64,000 bases of DNA from NCBI RefSeq assembly GCF_037042905.1, contig NC_087250.1, forward strand, positions 11,906,001 to 11,970,000. Reading direction: 5' to 3'. Positions within the stretch are counted from its first letter, which is position 1. Each line of letters opens with the position of its first letter. Positions 51,676-64,000 of this stretch are shown here, piece after piece. The notes below the pieces were generated by a model, which saw only the letters and a program-made list of their open reading frames with translations, was not told the origin of the DNA and did not search any database. The position numbers and the translations under genes were made by a program. This DNA is from Lytechinus pictus. Its lineage: Eukaryota.

Positions 51676-54356
51676 ATATTCTAATATGTTAAGGTTATCG
51701 ACCGTTCCCAGTGCTCCAGGGTCAAAGGTCAACATTAAATACACAAAATTCTTTCTAGAATATCAGGTTACATCGAAGTCAATGGTGAATAATAATTTTG
51801 TTTGCATTATTACTGTATCTATCATGAACTAATGATGCAAAACATCAATTTCCTGATATTTCGAGGTCGTTGACCTTAAGGTCATTGAGCTCTAGAGGTC
51901 AGCAGAGGTCAAATCTGACTTGCATCCTAATTTTAACATGAAGCCTTTGGTAAGATATAACACTGGTGAAAGGTAAATGCTTTAATCATAATTTTTAAAA
52001 GTGCTAAGATCACACCAGTGTTTGTACTACTATAAGTAATCATGACTGAAAATTCTCACAATGGCCGCCATTTGGGATTTATGCAAATTAGACATCTTTC
52101 CACTACATCGATTTTCGTTTAAAATTTTAGTATGTAATTTTGGGGCTTCAAGAAAATGCACTGGGGTGAAAAATTTATGTTGCAATTTGTTTGTGGTTGA
52201 CCCCCAAAATCAGTAATTTTCCCGGGACTATAAAGCTAACCAAACTTTCACAAATTTAAAATGAAATGTGGTTGCGTTAATTTTGATATACACTGTCCAA
52301 CATAATATAGCCAGGTGGCGTGACTTCGACAGCCCCCTGAGAGGGATAGGCGTCGATGTTCCAGCCCTTTTTATGTAGCTGATAGAGAAAAGCCTAATCT
52401 TAACTATCCAAGTGGTTAAAAAATTCATAAATGCATACAATTCGTAACTTTACACTACATGTATATTATATAAAATACATAACAAAATTGAGTAATCAAT
52501 TTTGATACCTTATGAATTTGTTTAAAAAGAAAGAGACCAAGTTTGAATCGCATTCACATGATAATAGTATATCAATAAAGTTTTCTGGAACATTTCAAGG
52601 TAATTGTTCTATTTTTTCTTAGATCTATGTAAAATCATGTATTTCCAAAATTTTCAATTTTTGTGAAAAAATGACAACAATGCAGTTTTCTACTAAAAAT
52701 CTCTGCCAAATTATATATTTATCGCCTATAAATAGTACCAACTTATAAGAAATTTATTTCTCTTTTATTTGACACTAATTTTGTGGCAATTAACTGTTCA
52801 TGTAGAAACCTATGTACGATAATTCAAATTTTCTGAAAATTTGGTGGCCATTTTGGATTTATACATATTAGACGTCTTTCCACTACTGGGATATTTCTGG
52901 ACTTTTAGTATGCCATTTTAGGGACTCCAGGGAAATGAATTGTGGTAAAAAAAAATTAATGCAATTTGTTTGCAATTGACCCCCAAAATCAGTTATTTTT
53001 CTTTGACTAAGAACTCTTAGCTCAAAATCGATGATTACTAACACAGAAAAGAATATGTGGGACAGTTGATTAATATTGCTCAGAAAATACCCGACATTGA
53101 TGGAACCCCGTGCTTAATTTGCTCATTTCTCAGCAATTAGGCATTTTCTTCCAGAGCTATTTGGCACATATTTTTTATTCAGTTGATGCATACAAATCTT
53201 TTGGTGGTAGTTTCATTGGATTCTGTCGGAACAAATTTTTGAAAGCGTTACCACAACTAGTATTTATCTTTAAGATGACGGAGTGGTGAAAAGAAAAAGA
53301 TTGAGCGATATTACAATTATAATTGGTCGATGCGAAATGTTTAGTGTTTCATGGTCGTTAGACCTAGTACATAAAAACAAATCAATGTGTTTTCAGAATT
53401 TATGTAGGCCGATAGGTGTGAACTTATGAAATCTTTGATGCCGTAACTGTCAACAAATATCAGTTGTTAACAGATGTTCAGGAGAGACAAAAAGAAATAG
53501 CATGATAATCAGTACTTCAACTTTAAACACTTATTTGGGTGCGCTACCTCCGAGATATACATGGTATATGCACAAATGTTATTAGAGTACAGGATTGCGA
53601 CGTTATTGAAAAGGGCGCTTCTGTGAATGCTTGCGAACGTAGCGAATTCGGGATTTTGCCAGGGTTCGTAAAAGGTTGCAAAAGAATCGGTTGAAAGGTT
53701 GCTAAAAAATCGTTAAAATTGTTCATGGTTGCAAATGTTTTTTTTTCTTCTTGTCGCAAAGAAAGTTTGTAAAATTTAATTGTGAATCTTTTCGTTTTTT
53801 TCGCAAACAGTCACCCGAGTTCGGAAGTATGTTATTAGCATTTGTAAACAGTTGTAAAACGATATCACTGAAGTCCTGTCCTTCATTTCTCCCTATCTCT
53901 CTCTCTCCTTCCATATCTTTCTTCTCATACCCTCTCCCCCCTCTTTTTCTCTCATCTTCAATTGCCACCTTTTCTCTTCGCTATCTTCTTATCCTGTCCA
54001 TCTTCATTGTCTCGATACTATATTCCTCCATCTCCTTTTTTCCCTTTTCTCTCATTCATTTTTTCTTTCTATCCTTCTTCATCTCTCTTGCAGTACACAA
54101 AACACTTGAGAAATTAGTTTTTTGAAGTAGAGTTATGCATGGTACAATTTATATTTGAATGCTATATTAAGTGCAATCATAAAGGTAAATTACGGTAAAG
54201 TAAAAGTAAGAGTTGCAATTTTATCTCTTACATTTTTCGTTATATGTAAAATTGAACATTGCTGGCATTGCATATATCTTTACTTTCTCTTCTTCTTTCC
54301 TATATCCTTTTTTTCTTTCTTCCTATTTTCTGTTTCTCCGTTCTCCCTATCCCTCA

Positions 54357-54812
54357 GCCGTTTTAGCATTTAGTCCTATTTCTTGGTATCAAGAATTCAT
54401 TTCTTGATATCAAGAAATGAATTCTTGATATCAAGAAATAGAATTCTTTATATCAAGAATTGAATTCTTGATATTAAGAATTATATTTCTTGATATCAAG
54501 AATTACCATTGCTTAACTACACAAAACCATTTCTTGATATCAAGAATTCGATTTCTTGATATCAAGAATTCATTTCTTGATATCAAGAAATGAGTTCTTC
54601 ATATCAAGAAATGAATTCTTGATATCAAGAAATTATGAAATATTTGATGCCGTAACTGTCAACAAATATCAGTTGTTAACAGATGTTCAGGAGAACTCAA
54701 TTCTTGATATCAAGAAATGGTTTTGTGTAGTTAAGCAATGGTAATTCTTGATATCAAGAATTCGAATTCTTGATATCAAGAAATAGGAATAAATGCTAAA
54801 ACGGCTTGCCAT
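54357..54812. mobile_element. MITE built from TTCTTGATATCAAGAA palindromes
   Basis: TIRs GCCGTTTTAGCATTTA / TAAATGCTAAAACGGC; many copies of the 16-bp palindrome. Confidence 0.8.
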
Positions 54813-57169
54813 ACGCCCCTACTGTAGGTACATTTCAATGGATAGAGGAGTAACGGCTAGAATGTTAAGTGCTTATGCTTATTTCGGTCCTCTTTTTGTT
54901 CGGGTCGGCTTGTTGCTGAGGCAGACTTGTGCTTTTGTTAAAATTCCTGAATACGCGTCGAATGTATAATGTATAATTAAACATTTCGATGCATGTCCAA
55001 TAATTTAAATTATATTCCAGTGCTCCATTCGACTTTGTTAACCGCCTTTTTGTTCGTTTACACCGATATATTGTTCTCTTTATAATTCAATAATACACAA
55101 TGCTACTCAATGATTATGCCGAATGTTGCTTATTTCTTTTCCCCTGTTGTTCTTACTGTTTCTGTTCCACATATTGTGTTAAATACTTATTGGTGTCTTA
55201 TACCGCTTGATCAACCTAATTCCATATCGTCACTCATTTATGTTTCTTTGTTATTTTTGCAAGGTCGAATGGAGTTCTTGACTGGCTGTTACATATGTAT
55301 TTTTATCCATACCTTGTTTGTATATTTGCATTTTTGTCAATTCATATGATTTTTTTTACCTTGTACAAGCATTTGCAATTCAGCCTTTGGCTGCAACGAA
55401 TGTTTTTTGATGTATCTATAAAGACCATTATTATTATTATTATTTTTATTTGACAAGAGGGAGTTTTTGCAACTGCAACGGGATTCAAGAAAACTCTAAA
55501 AGAGGGAGTGAACTGTGTGTGGTCTCTCATTGACTGTGTGTTATAAATACTTAGTCTTAAAATATACTTTTTCAGATATCTTGTAATACTACAGAGAATA
55601 AATTGACCTATAATTGTATTTGTTTTATTAATGATAGAGAAACTATTTTTTTTAGAGGAAAAGTAATTGATTTGCTGCTTGGTAACCTAATTATTGTGGT
55701 ATAAATATATTGAGTAGTTAATTAGCATGTTATCATTATGGGTCAGTAAACTGGCCAGGTATGAGTAGTTGAGGACTCGAGATGGTGCTATTGGTTAGTA
55801 TCTGCTTTAACATATTACAAATGTGACCGGGCACCACAAAGCCCACAAAATGTCGCCAGAAATTGAATTTTATTTAAATAACCCTTTTGAAAGAGGAGAC
55901 TCGAAGCTTTATAAATTAATATAACTCATGAACAATTATTGATCCTAACCCGCACAAGAAAGAGGAGAATGTTCACTACCATGAAACATTCGTTATGAGA
56001 AAAGGGGGATTAAAAATTACTATTGGAAGAGCACGTGCTCTTCCAATAACTTATTGTAGACAAAAGGAAGATAAAAAAATCAATGAAATCTTGATAGAAG
56101 GAATTATCAGATTGCTTTGCAAAGTTCACACACTAATTAAAGTTGTCCATTAGTTTGAATAAGTATCAATGTTAGAAATTATCCTGTTCTAAATTTATAG
56201 GAGTTCAAAGAGAGATGAATATTCAGGTTTTCGTAAAAACCAAGCATGAATACATTTACCTAAAAATATTTGTAAGAAATAGGTCTAATAAAAAATTAAA
56301 AAATTACACTTTAGGTTTGATTGGTACATCCGAATTTTTACAGTAAATATGGGAAAGTGTACTCTTTCAGAAAACACAAAAATCTAAAATGTGAATAGTC
56401 TGACCAAAATACTCTTAATTGACTCCAATTGAAAACCACATGGTGCAAATTTTTGTGGGTTTTGTGGCGCTGGGTTACAAATGCCCTTTAAGTGACATTG
56501 AACAACGGGAAGGCATTTGTCGCAAATTGCTTGACCAGAGTGGCAGGTCTGTTGTAAGTTTCGCAGCTGACGAAAAATTGCAAATGCGTTGTTTCTCAAC
56601 AGTCGAGGACTACACTTCTGCTTCACCAATTTTCGACAACGGCCTTCCAGTTGTTCATTGTCACTTGAGGGGAAATTTTTCGACAAAGACTTCTTGGTTG
56701 TGCTTTCTTTTGAAGGGCATTTGTCAATGCATTTCTTATGTGCTTGAATCCGCTGTACGTCGTGGAGACGGTAACTCCCTTTATGTAGTATGATGGGGGC
56801 GGCAGGCATAGAAAAGCTACTGAAAATTGTATAATGCCGCAGGACCTCCAGGGATAACAGAATATCGATTACTGATAGAGCCAGCTTACCAAAAGAGCAA
56901 TAAAAAAAAATATATATCTTAAGTTAATTAATCAGTGGTTGCTATTCACTCAAGCATTTTGCGTGCTATAGCTGGCAGCTGCATTCTACACACTTAAAAT
57001 GTTGGGCAACATACTGTCTACTGTGTTGGGTAATGTATGTTGGTAAATCATATATATAAATAATAAACTCAAGTATAAAAATTCCGTAATGAAAGAATGT
57101 TCATGAATTGTCGTTTTATCAAGTGCATTACTTGACAAAGCCGTTGGCCAGGAACAATAAGGCAACAAT

Positions 57170-57210
<41 letters not shown>

Positions 57211-57895
57211 TACCCTCACCGTGTGTGTGTGGGTACAAGTATCTCGAAGGCTAAAATTATCTATTTTAGAGAAACTGCATTGCTTATATAAAATTGATAT
57301 CTTGTGTTTTATTTCAAATGCGTGGTTGTGTTTGGATTGGGTTAATGGCATTATTATGGGCATGCAATATAAGATATTATTACCTATACAAGGCATTTTG
57401 GCAGATAAATAAAAGTCAGATTTCGCTCGCTACTTTCAATCCGAGACCAACGAGGGGAACATTTGCCATCTTGCCCTCCCCGGGCTTTGCCCATCGAAAT
57501 CCTGTACAAAATAGAGAGCAATATTGGCCATATCTCTGCTAATGCGCTTGCACAGTAGGAGCCGATTTTGATCGTTAATTTCAGTATTTCCGAAATCTGG
57601 CTGGAACCCGTTTATGAAACAAAGTACAACGCATTGTAGACAATGCGCGGCTCGGCCAGTGCATACACAAACGTAACCCAAGCGCAAGATTTCTACGCGT
57701 TGAGTGTACGTGCACGCCATGCCTGATGCGCGACTGCAAGGTAACAATTACGTCACAATTGCTTATTAAAAGTTACTTCGCTTTTAAAAGTCGTGAATAA
57801 CCTGAAATCAGAAGTAGTGATAAGCAAACAAGCATATACATGTAAATTGTTCCGAATAGGAGCTTGAATTACACATTGTACAGCTTTAGGTAATA

Positions 57896-58042
57896 ATAAT
57901 ATTGACTGGTTCTTCTTTCGGGAAACATCAAAAATGTCTCCCTTAAAAGAGCCATATTGCCCTCGTCTAAAGACTCAGGCCAATATGATTCTCTTGCGGG
58001 CGACATATTTGATGTTTCCCTCAAGACCAGTCAATATTATAT
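57896..58042. mobile_element. Short palindromic MITE
   Basis: AATATTGACTGGT..GGGAAACATCAAA versus TTTGATGTTTCCC..ACCAGTCAATATT. Confidence 0.65.
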
Positions 58043-58701
58043 AAGTATTTCTTGATTTTATGTATGTGTGTGTACGTGTTTCCCTTTTTAAATGTATAAT
58101 AATGATCATTTTAATGTATAATAATATCCTTACATTAGAAGTTTAAAATAATGAAATTGAACGAAACGGATGTTGCTATAGGCCTTTAATTTTTTTTTTC
58201 ATTAATCTCTGCTAAAGAAACAATTTTGACAATTCAATTTCGACAACACTTGGATGGAAATCGACCTGGATGTTCCCAGGCAGATCAATTTTGGCAATCA
58301 GGTAATCACTTTTATAGGGCAATAATAGAAAATGGAGAATTATTCATATCCGAGATAAAAAGTGGGAGGTCAGTTAAGATGACAGAAATGAAAGACCATG
58401 CACCACACTTAATTTTAATCAACAGTCCGGTTACGCTACCTACTCGGGGCCAAAAAGGCTATTACGTTATTACCAATGGCATACAATCAGGGGGGTCCAA
58501 ATACCTTCCATTAATTTCATTAAATACACTGCAAAAACTCCGGTGTCGATTTAACACCAGACCGGAAATTATCTATGTATGTCCACACCAGAGAAGTATT
58601 GAAACAACACGGTAGAACAGTGGAGGATACGGGCTGTGTGCAGAGGGCACACGCTCCATCTTCTGAATATTTCAAGAATCATTCATTCAAAATAATTGCT
58701 A

Positions 58702-58942
58702 CACTGCAAAAACTCCGGTGTTGATTCAACACCAGCACGGAATCTATATATGTCCACACCAGATAAGTATTGAAACAACACCAGTTTGGAATCAAACCGA
58801 TGCTGTTTTAATACTAATTGGTGTTGTATAAACGCCTATCTGGTGTTAGACCAAAACCAAACTGGTGTTGTTTAACACTTCTCTGGTGTGGACCTATATA
58901 GATTCCAGACTGGTGTTAATTCAACACCGGATTTTTGCAGTG
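58702..58942. mobile_element. TA-flanked CACTGCAAAAA MITE (partial copies at 28815-28978, 58527-58612, 63891-64000)
   Basis: TA|CACTGCAAAAACTCCGGTG ... CACCGGATTTTTGCAGTG|TA. Confidence 0.75.
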
Positions 58943-60769
58943 TATATTTAAAAGTAACCATCCGATTGTGTTTCTTTCATGGTCCGTCCACCCTCTACCC
59001 CTCCCCCTCCCCCGCACTTTCAAAACCGTTCCACGACCCCCGTAAATACAAAAAATGCAACAACAAAAACCCATCTGATTGTGTTTCTTCCACGGTCCGT
59101 CCACCCTAAACATCCTCCCCCGCACTTACAAAACCGTTCCACGACCTCCCTAAATATAGGGTAAATAGCAATTTCATTTTGATGTGTGTGTTGGGGATTG
59201 CAAGGGGTTATTCTGCAATCTAAACCTGAGGCCCGTTTGTAAAAAGCTGTTTGTAAGTTAAGAGCGACTTTACCAACGACTGGTAAACCTTTCTGAGACG
59301 CTAAATCATTGCCAATGAATATATCATTTACCACAAGAAATGATCACCAGTCGTTCCTAAAGTCGCTCTTAACTTACGAACAGCTTTATGAAACACCGAC
59401 CTGTATTCCAATTAAATGATTGGCCAGTGCACTCCTTTCTTAAGCCAGTTTTAATTATGATAATGGCTGTGTGTTTCAGGTCAGTAAGTTAATCAGTCTA
59501 TTGTCTATTCTGTTACTGTTTTAAAAGGAAGGTAGCTGAAATATAGTGCGTCCCACAAAAAAAAGGAAATCTATGTTTAGAGATAGATTTCACAATAATT
59601 ATTAAATGTTTTTTTACTGTAAATTTGATGCTTTTGGCAATTTGAGAACAACTGTACATATATAGCCTTCCATGGTTTCGCATGGCAGGTTACAAACAAC
59701 AAAAGTATATCAGAAACGATTTGCGCAGAAAATCACGAGTGAATCTGAGTCCACTCTCATTTCGGGGATCAGTGAGAAAAGACTTAACAAAGAAAGCAAA
59801 AGAAATGATTATCTGTCAATCGTCGAATACGCACGATCGCCCTATTACGACCCAATTTTGTCATTTATTTTAGCTCAACATGATTTTGACATTGACATTT
59901 CAAACCCATCTTGCTTATTAATGTGTGAAGTATTTGTCTCGTAGTAGGTATGAAAATATAGAGGAATGATTTAATTGTATGAATTTTTTTTTCTTGAACG
60001 CACTGTATAAGAATTGATCTGATAATGAAATGGTGGTGTATTTATGGCCATGCGCAGAATTGTTATATTCTGGGGGAAACGACCAGACAGCAGCATCAAA
60101 CCGTCCCAGCTAAACGTCTAAACGCGAAAAGGTTTTTGTTTTAATGTTTTTGTTTTCTTAATTGAATATTGAAATAGAGAGCTCGGCACTTATTTTCTTT
60201 TATCATCCAGATCATCGGGATAGTACAGGTAAACATGGACTCCTTTTTTTTCTTGGCGGACATGGGTGATTAATAGTCTAATCTACGTGTTTGTAACGTA
60301 AATAGCCTAAGTTTTATTGCGCTGTAATTCAAGATGTTTTGATGTCAGTTTTCATGAAATTGAACCACTTTTGGTGCCGGTACTGTTATGATTCTTATTA
60401 TCCTAAGTTAGATTTTGTTGTGTATTTGTGGGGGAAACAACCCTAGCGTTTCTATATGAAACAGTCCTTGGTTTCCCCTCTTTTTTTTAATAATCAAGCG
60501 AACAAAAGTCTTCAAGAGCTGAAGGGAAACTACCAAAAGAATAACAGCAATGATGACCAGCTATAGACCTACATCAAAAGCAAACGGGCGTGATCTGGTA
60601 AGTAATTTTAATGGTTTCATGCCAACGGTATCCTGCGTCGTTTGGCAGCTTCCAAATATAACGGCTATCAAACTCATGCACGACGTCATAAAGCCGCCAA
60701 AATGGAGGCTGAAGCAAAGCAGAAGCCATTGCCGTGCACGCGTTGGTTATCTCCAGCTGACGCATCTCT

Positions 60770-61612
60770 GGCCGTGTTTATGCTTCCACTTTTCAGGCCA
60801 GAATCAGCGTTTCCAAACGTGATTAGTCCAAAACACGGTTGCGTCCATGCTTACTTTCATTTAAACGCTGTTTCAAAACACCGATCGTAAACTCACAAGA
60901 AGGTGCGTTTGTAAACGTCGTTTGACCAGAATCAGGCTTTCTGGGGAAGTATAAACAGAACCACGATCGTAAACGTGTTTAAATGACGTCACTTGGTACA
61001 TGCTTCCGGTGAGATGAAAATCCGCAGGCAAATACAGTCGCATTGATCCATGGTCGCATGTTACCTCCATGGAATTACCTCTCATCTCCCTTGTTTTGCA
61101 TGTGTATAGTACTATTACTTGTATTACTCTTCCAAGTTTGTCATCACGATGAACGTTGAGAGATTTACACCAAAAAAGCCTGGAACATGAGTTATAATGA
61201 GGAGACATCGCCAGATGCCCCAGGAGCATACTTTTTTTTTATTATTTTGTATACTTAATATTCTTTATTTTTCTTACTATTATCTTCACCATGGTGGAAA
61301 TCATATGGCTATTTCAAGAAGCTCCATGCAATGACTGAAATATCGGAAATTGTTCGATGTTTATATAACAGTCGACGTACCTTCCCCATAACAACACTCG
61401 GAAAAAAAAAATGTCGAAAAAGGGCGCGCCCAATTTGACCTCGCTTTCCTGCTCAACGAAAATTACGATGCGAAGCCATCTGGAGATCGTGATTTCGTCT
61501 CTGAAGAGTTAAGCATAAACAGCACTCCCAGAACCATGTTTACGATCGGCGTTTTGAATCGACGTTTGAAAACGCTGATTCTGTCCTCGCAATGGAAGCA
61601 TATAAACACACC
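60770..61612. mobile_element. MITE (Harbinger-like ends, tentative)
   Basis: GTGTTTATGCTTCCA..CAGAATCAGCGTTT versus AAACGCTGATTCTG..TGGAAGCATATAAACAC. Confidence 0.55.
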
Positions 61613-64000
61613 AGTCAACTCAGTTTACGCGTATTCCTATATCCTCTGAGGAAGGGGGGAGTGGGTCCCCCCTACTATTTTGGGTAGGAGGGGCTAATGG
61701 CGAATATTTAGCACGTATGAAACCAAACTAGAATATGATTAGAATCACCATGGACCTATGAAAGCTGGACATTCATCGGTTAGTTAATGAATTCACTAAC
61801 ATCTGACTGTCATTGTCATGTGAATAACATTCTCTTCATATTTATCTCCTGTGATACCATCATGGTCGCCGCCAATTAAACCATGAGTTACAGAAGCTTT
61901 CGGTGATTAGACATTTAACATTAGACAAATTGTATGCGCAGAAGGTAATAAATTACCTGAATTCTCGGAAATTAATGTGCAGTTCTGGTTTACAAATGGT
62001 TATCTTAGTTCCATGGTTTTTATTTGGAAAAATGTATGAATATTTCAAGATAGAGGCTAAAATGAAATTGATTGATTGTAATTTATAATCAAATTTTAAA
62101 GATTTCCTCATAATATTCCAGAGAAACATGGTGGGTTTCTTGTAGGGGTCGTCCCCCTCTCGTTGTTAGAAAAGTCATTATGAGTGTGCAGAAGCGTGCA
62201 AATCGATAATAATAAATTTGATATCACAAAAATCGTCTGCTTCTCAATTTGCTGTTCCAAATCTGAAACATCTTAATTGAAAGGTATAATCTGCTACAAA
62301 CATCAGCCAACAAACGGCAAAAAGAGCAAAACATTCCTTTGTGAAGATCAGATTCGCCTTGGTAGTCGCTATTGTCAAAGCACCTGTATGTTATCATTAA
62401 TATGCACATAATCAGGAGACGGCGACTATGATTGCATCAAAAGAATGATCGCGTTAATCGTCCATTTCTTATAGGTTCATGGAATCACGATCGCTAATCA
62501 CAGTCATGATTACAATAGCAATCATCATTACAATGATGATTCAAGGCTCACGTATGAAAAGGCCCTTAGTTTTGTAGGTTAGATTTTACGCTTGACTTGA
62601 CATGCAGAGTTTTCCATCGGCGCAATTGTCGCCGGAGCAAATGTCCTGAAACCGTCAAATACAGCGACTCTCCGACTAAACTAATCGCTCTAAACGCCTA
62701 TAATTGCTCGATAGTGATCCCATCCAGTCTGGTGATGATGGAGGCATGAGAATCATCTACAAGAAAACTTATGTTTAGGTTACACGGGCCTTATTACAAC
62801 TGGCAGGCAAAATAAGGTATTCATTCGAGACAACCCAGTCTCAATTTTTAAATCTGATATTGCTGATTGACAAAAATGAATAAATATGATTAACAATCTA
62901 ACACTGATTCTAGTGAGGGTAACTACTGAACTTCCTTTTTAGATATATCACCACTTTGGAACTATTTCCTTTTACTGGCGGAAGAATTTTACTATCTCAA
63001 GTGATGAATTTGATCATGTCAGGTGTAGTCTTCACAAATGACGATTTATTTTAAAAATGAGCCGGTCGAGGTACCCTTTTCTGGTCAGATATGGAATGTC
63101 AGACATATATCCTATCCACTGGTAATGAACATCCAGCCCTCGAATTTTCATCCTTACTTTTTATGATTTTTTAAGTGCCACTTTAACACACGAGTCTATG
63201 GGAAATGTTTTAGACTCGTCATACCTTTAGATCTTATGCATGTGTCGCCATAATCTCATAGCGCCCTCCCTCAGATACTATAGGAATACGTGTCAACGGA
63301 ATTTTCAGAGGTGCGCCAGATGCAGATTACCAACGCGGACAAGGCAATGGCATCGACATCATTATGGCGCAGGTGCGATTACGTAAATGCATGAGATCAA
63401 TAAGCCAGTTCACGGTTAGCTCATGATCAACTTTTCTCAAATGACCTTTGTGATTTTTCATTAGGATAAGCACTACCATTTTCAAATGTAGATGTTGCGT
63501 AATCTGTCCGGTAGAGTATTCAAATTCTAAGAACAAAAAGCATTGTATAGACCAGGTGGCTAGAATAGTACATCAGGGATAAAGTTTGGAAATCTGTTTT
63601 ATTGTCTGCCTTTGGCACATTTGACTATTGTTTAGGCTACTGTCAAATACCAGTGATTATGAAGGCTCTATTTATTACTCTTCAGCTTGGACGTGATAAA
63701 TATATTGAAAGGAATACATGAATAATCATCAAATCACAAATGCCTATGTCAGTGAATTTGAAAGCCACCTTCATGGTTGTCTCCAATGACCTTTTTCTGC
63801 TCGTGCGCAGTTTACAACCGTGAACAGGCTTATTGAAAATGTTACTTTGATGTTTTCGATAAGTGCTTGATTTAGTACGAGAGTCGATGGACTGCAAAAA
63901 ACACCGGTGTTGATTTAACACCAGCCTGGTATCTATATCGGTCCACAACAGAGAAGCGTAGAAACAAAACCAGTTAAGATTAAAACCGATATTGGTTTAA

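Larger units (their letters stand above)
33241..53009. mobile_element. Large DNA element with long inverted TGACCT-rich sub-repeat arms (Academ-like, tentative), carrying nested insertions
   Basis: 33270-34740 repeats (TGACCTTTGACC, CAAAATGGCGGCC, GTCTAATTTGCAT) are mirrored at 49700-50180, 50893-52230 and 52840-53009. Right end ...GACTA is TAG-type; left terminus not found; no transposase recognised. Confidence 0.45.
33110..53269 (-). mobile_element. TTAA/AG MITE split by a 20-kb insertion (pieces 33110-33240 and 53011-53269)
   Basis: The joined junction TCTTTGTAAAATCAAGA|ACTCTTAGCTCAAAA matches the reverse complement of contiguous 28783-28815; TTAA at 33106 and 53270. Confidence 0.65.

Noticed and set aside
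53870..64000. A plus-strand ZP paralogue beyond the inverted duplication
   Set aside because: No mirrored signal-peptide exon or ZP-like exon found; ORFs here fall in low-complexity tracts or MITEs, or have no recognisable motif.

Overview
AT-rich, repeat-dense animal DNA. The TE complement (Gmr1-like Gypsy, TTAA/AG MITEs, tRNA-SINEs, a HINE-like element) suggests an invertebrate deuterostome, probably a sea urchin (inference). One host gene is visible: a minus-strand secreted ZP-domain protein with four phase-compatible coding exons (27264-27330, 14022-14197, 11439-11836, 3129-3234); I found no further exon, so it probably continues off the left edge. The rest is mostly transposons. The standout is a 2,760-bp, almost fully palindromic mini-Polinton/Maverick (29545-32304) with AGTAGT...ACTACT termini and a 6-bp TSD. 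It has no replication genes, and its 68-bp spacer is a C2H2 zinc-finger ORF cut off at a microhomology, like a copy-back or TIR-only defective genome. It sits near the axis of an older inverted duplication. Also present: a five-level nest (TTAA MITE > Academ-like element > Vingi-like LINE > full-length L1/Tx1 LINE > Gmr1-like LTR element with a doubled PBS), a perfect hairpin of Penelope-type hammerhead-like motifs, a truncated CR1/L2-group LINE, a solo LTR, a foldback-like element and many MITEs/SINEs. All coordinates and alignments were read by eye; family names were not database-checked.
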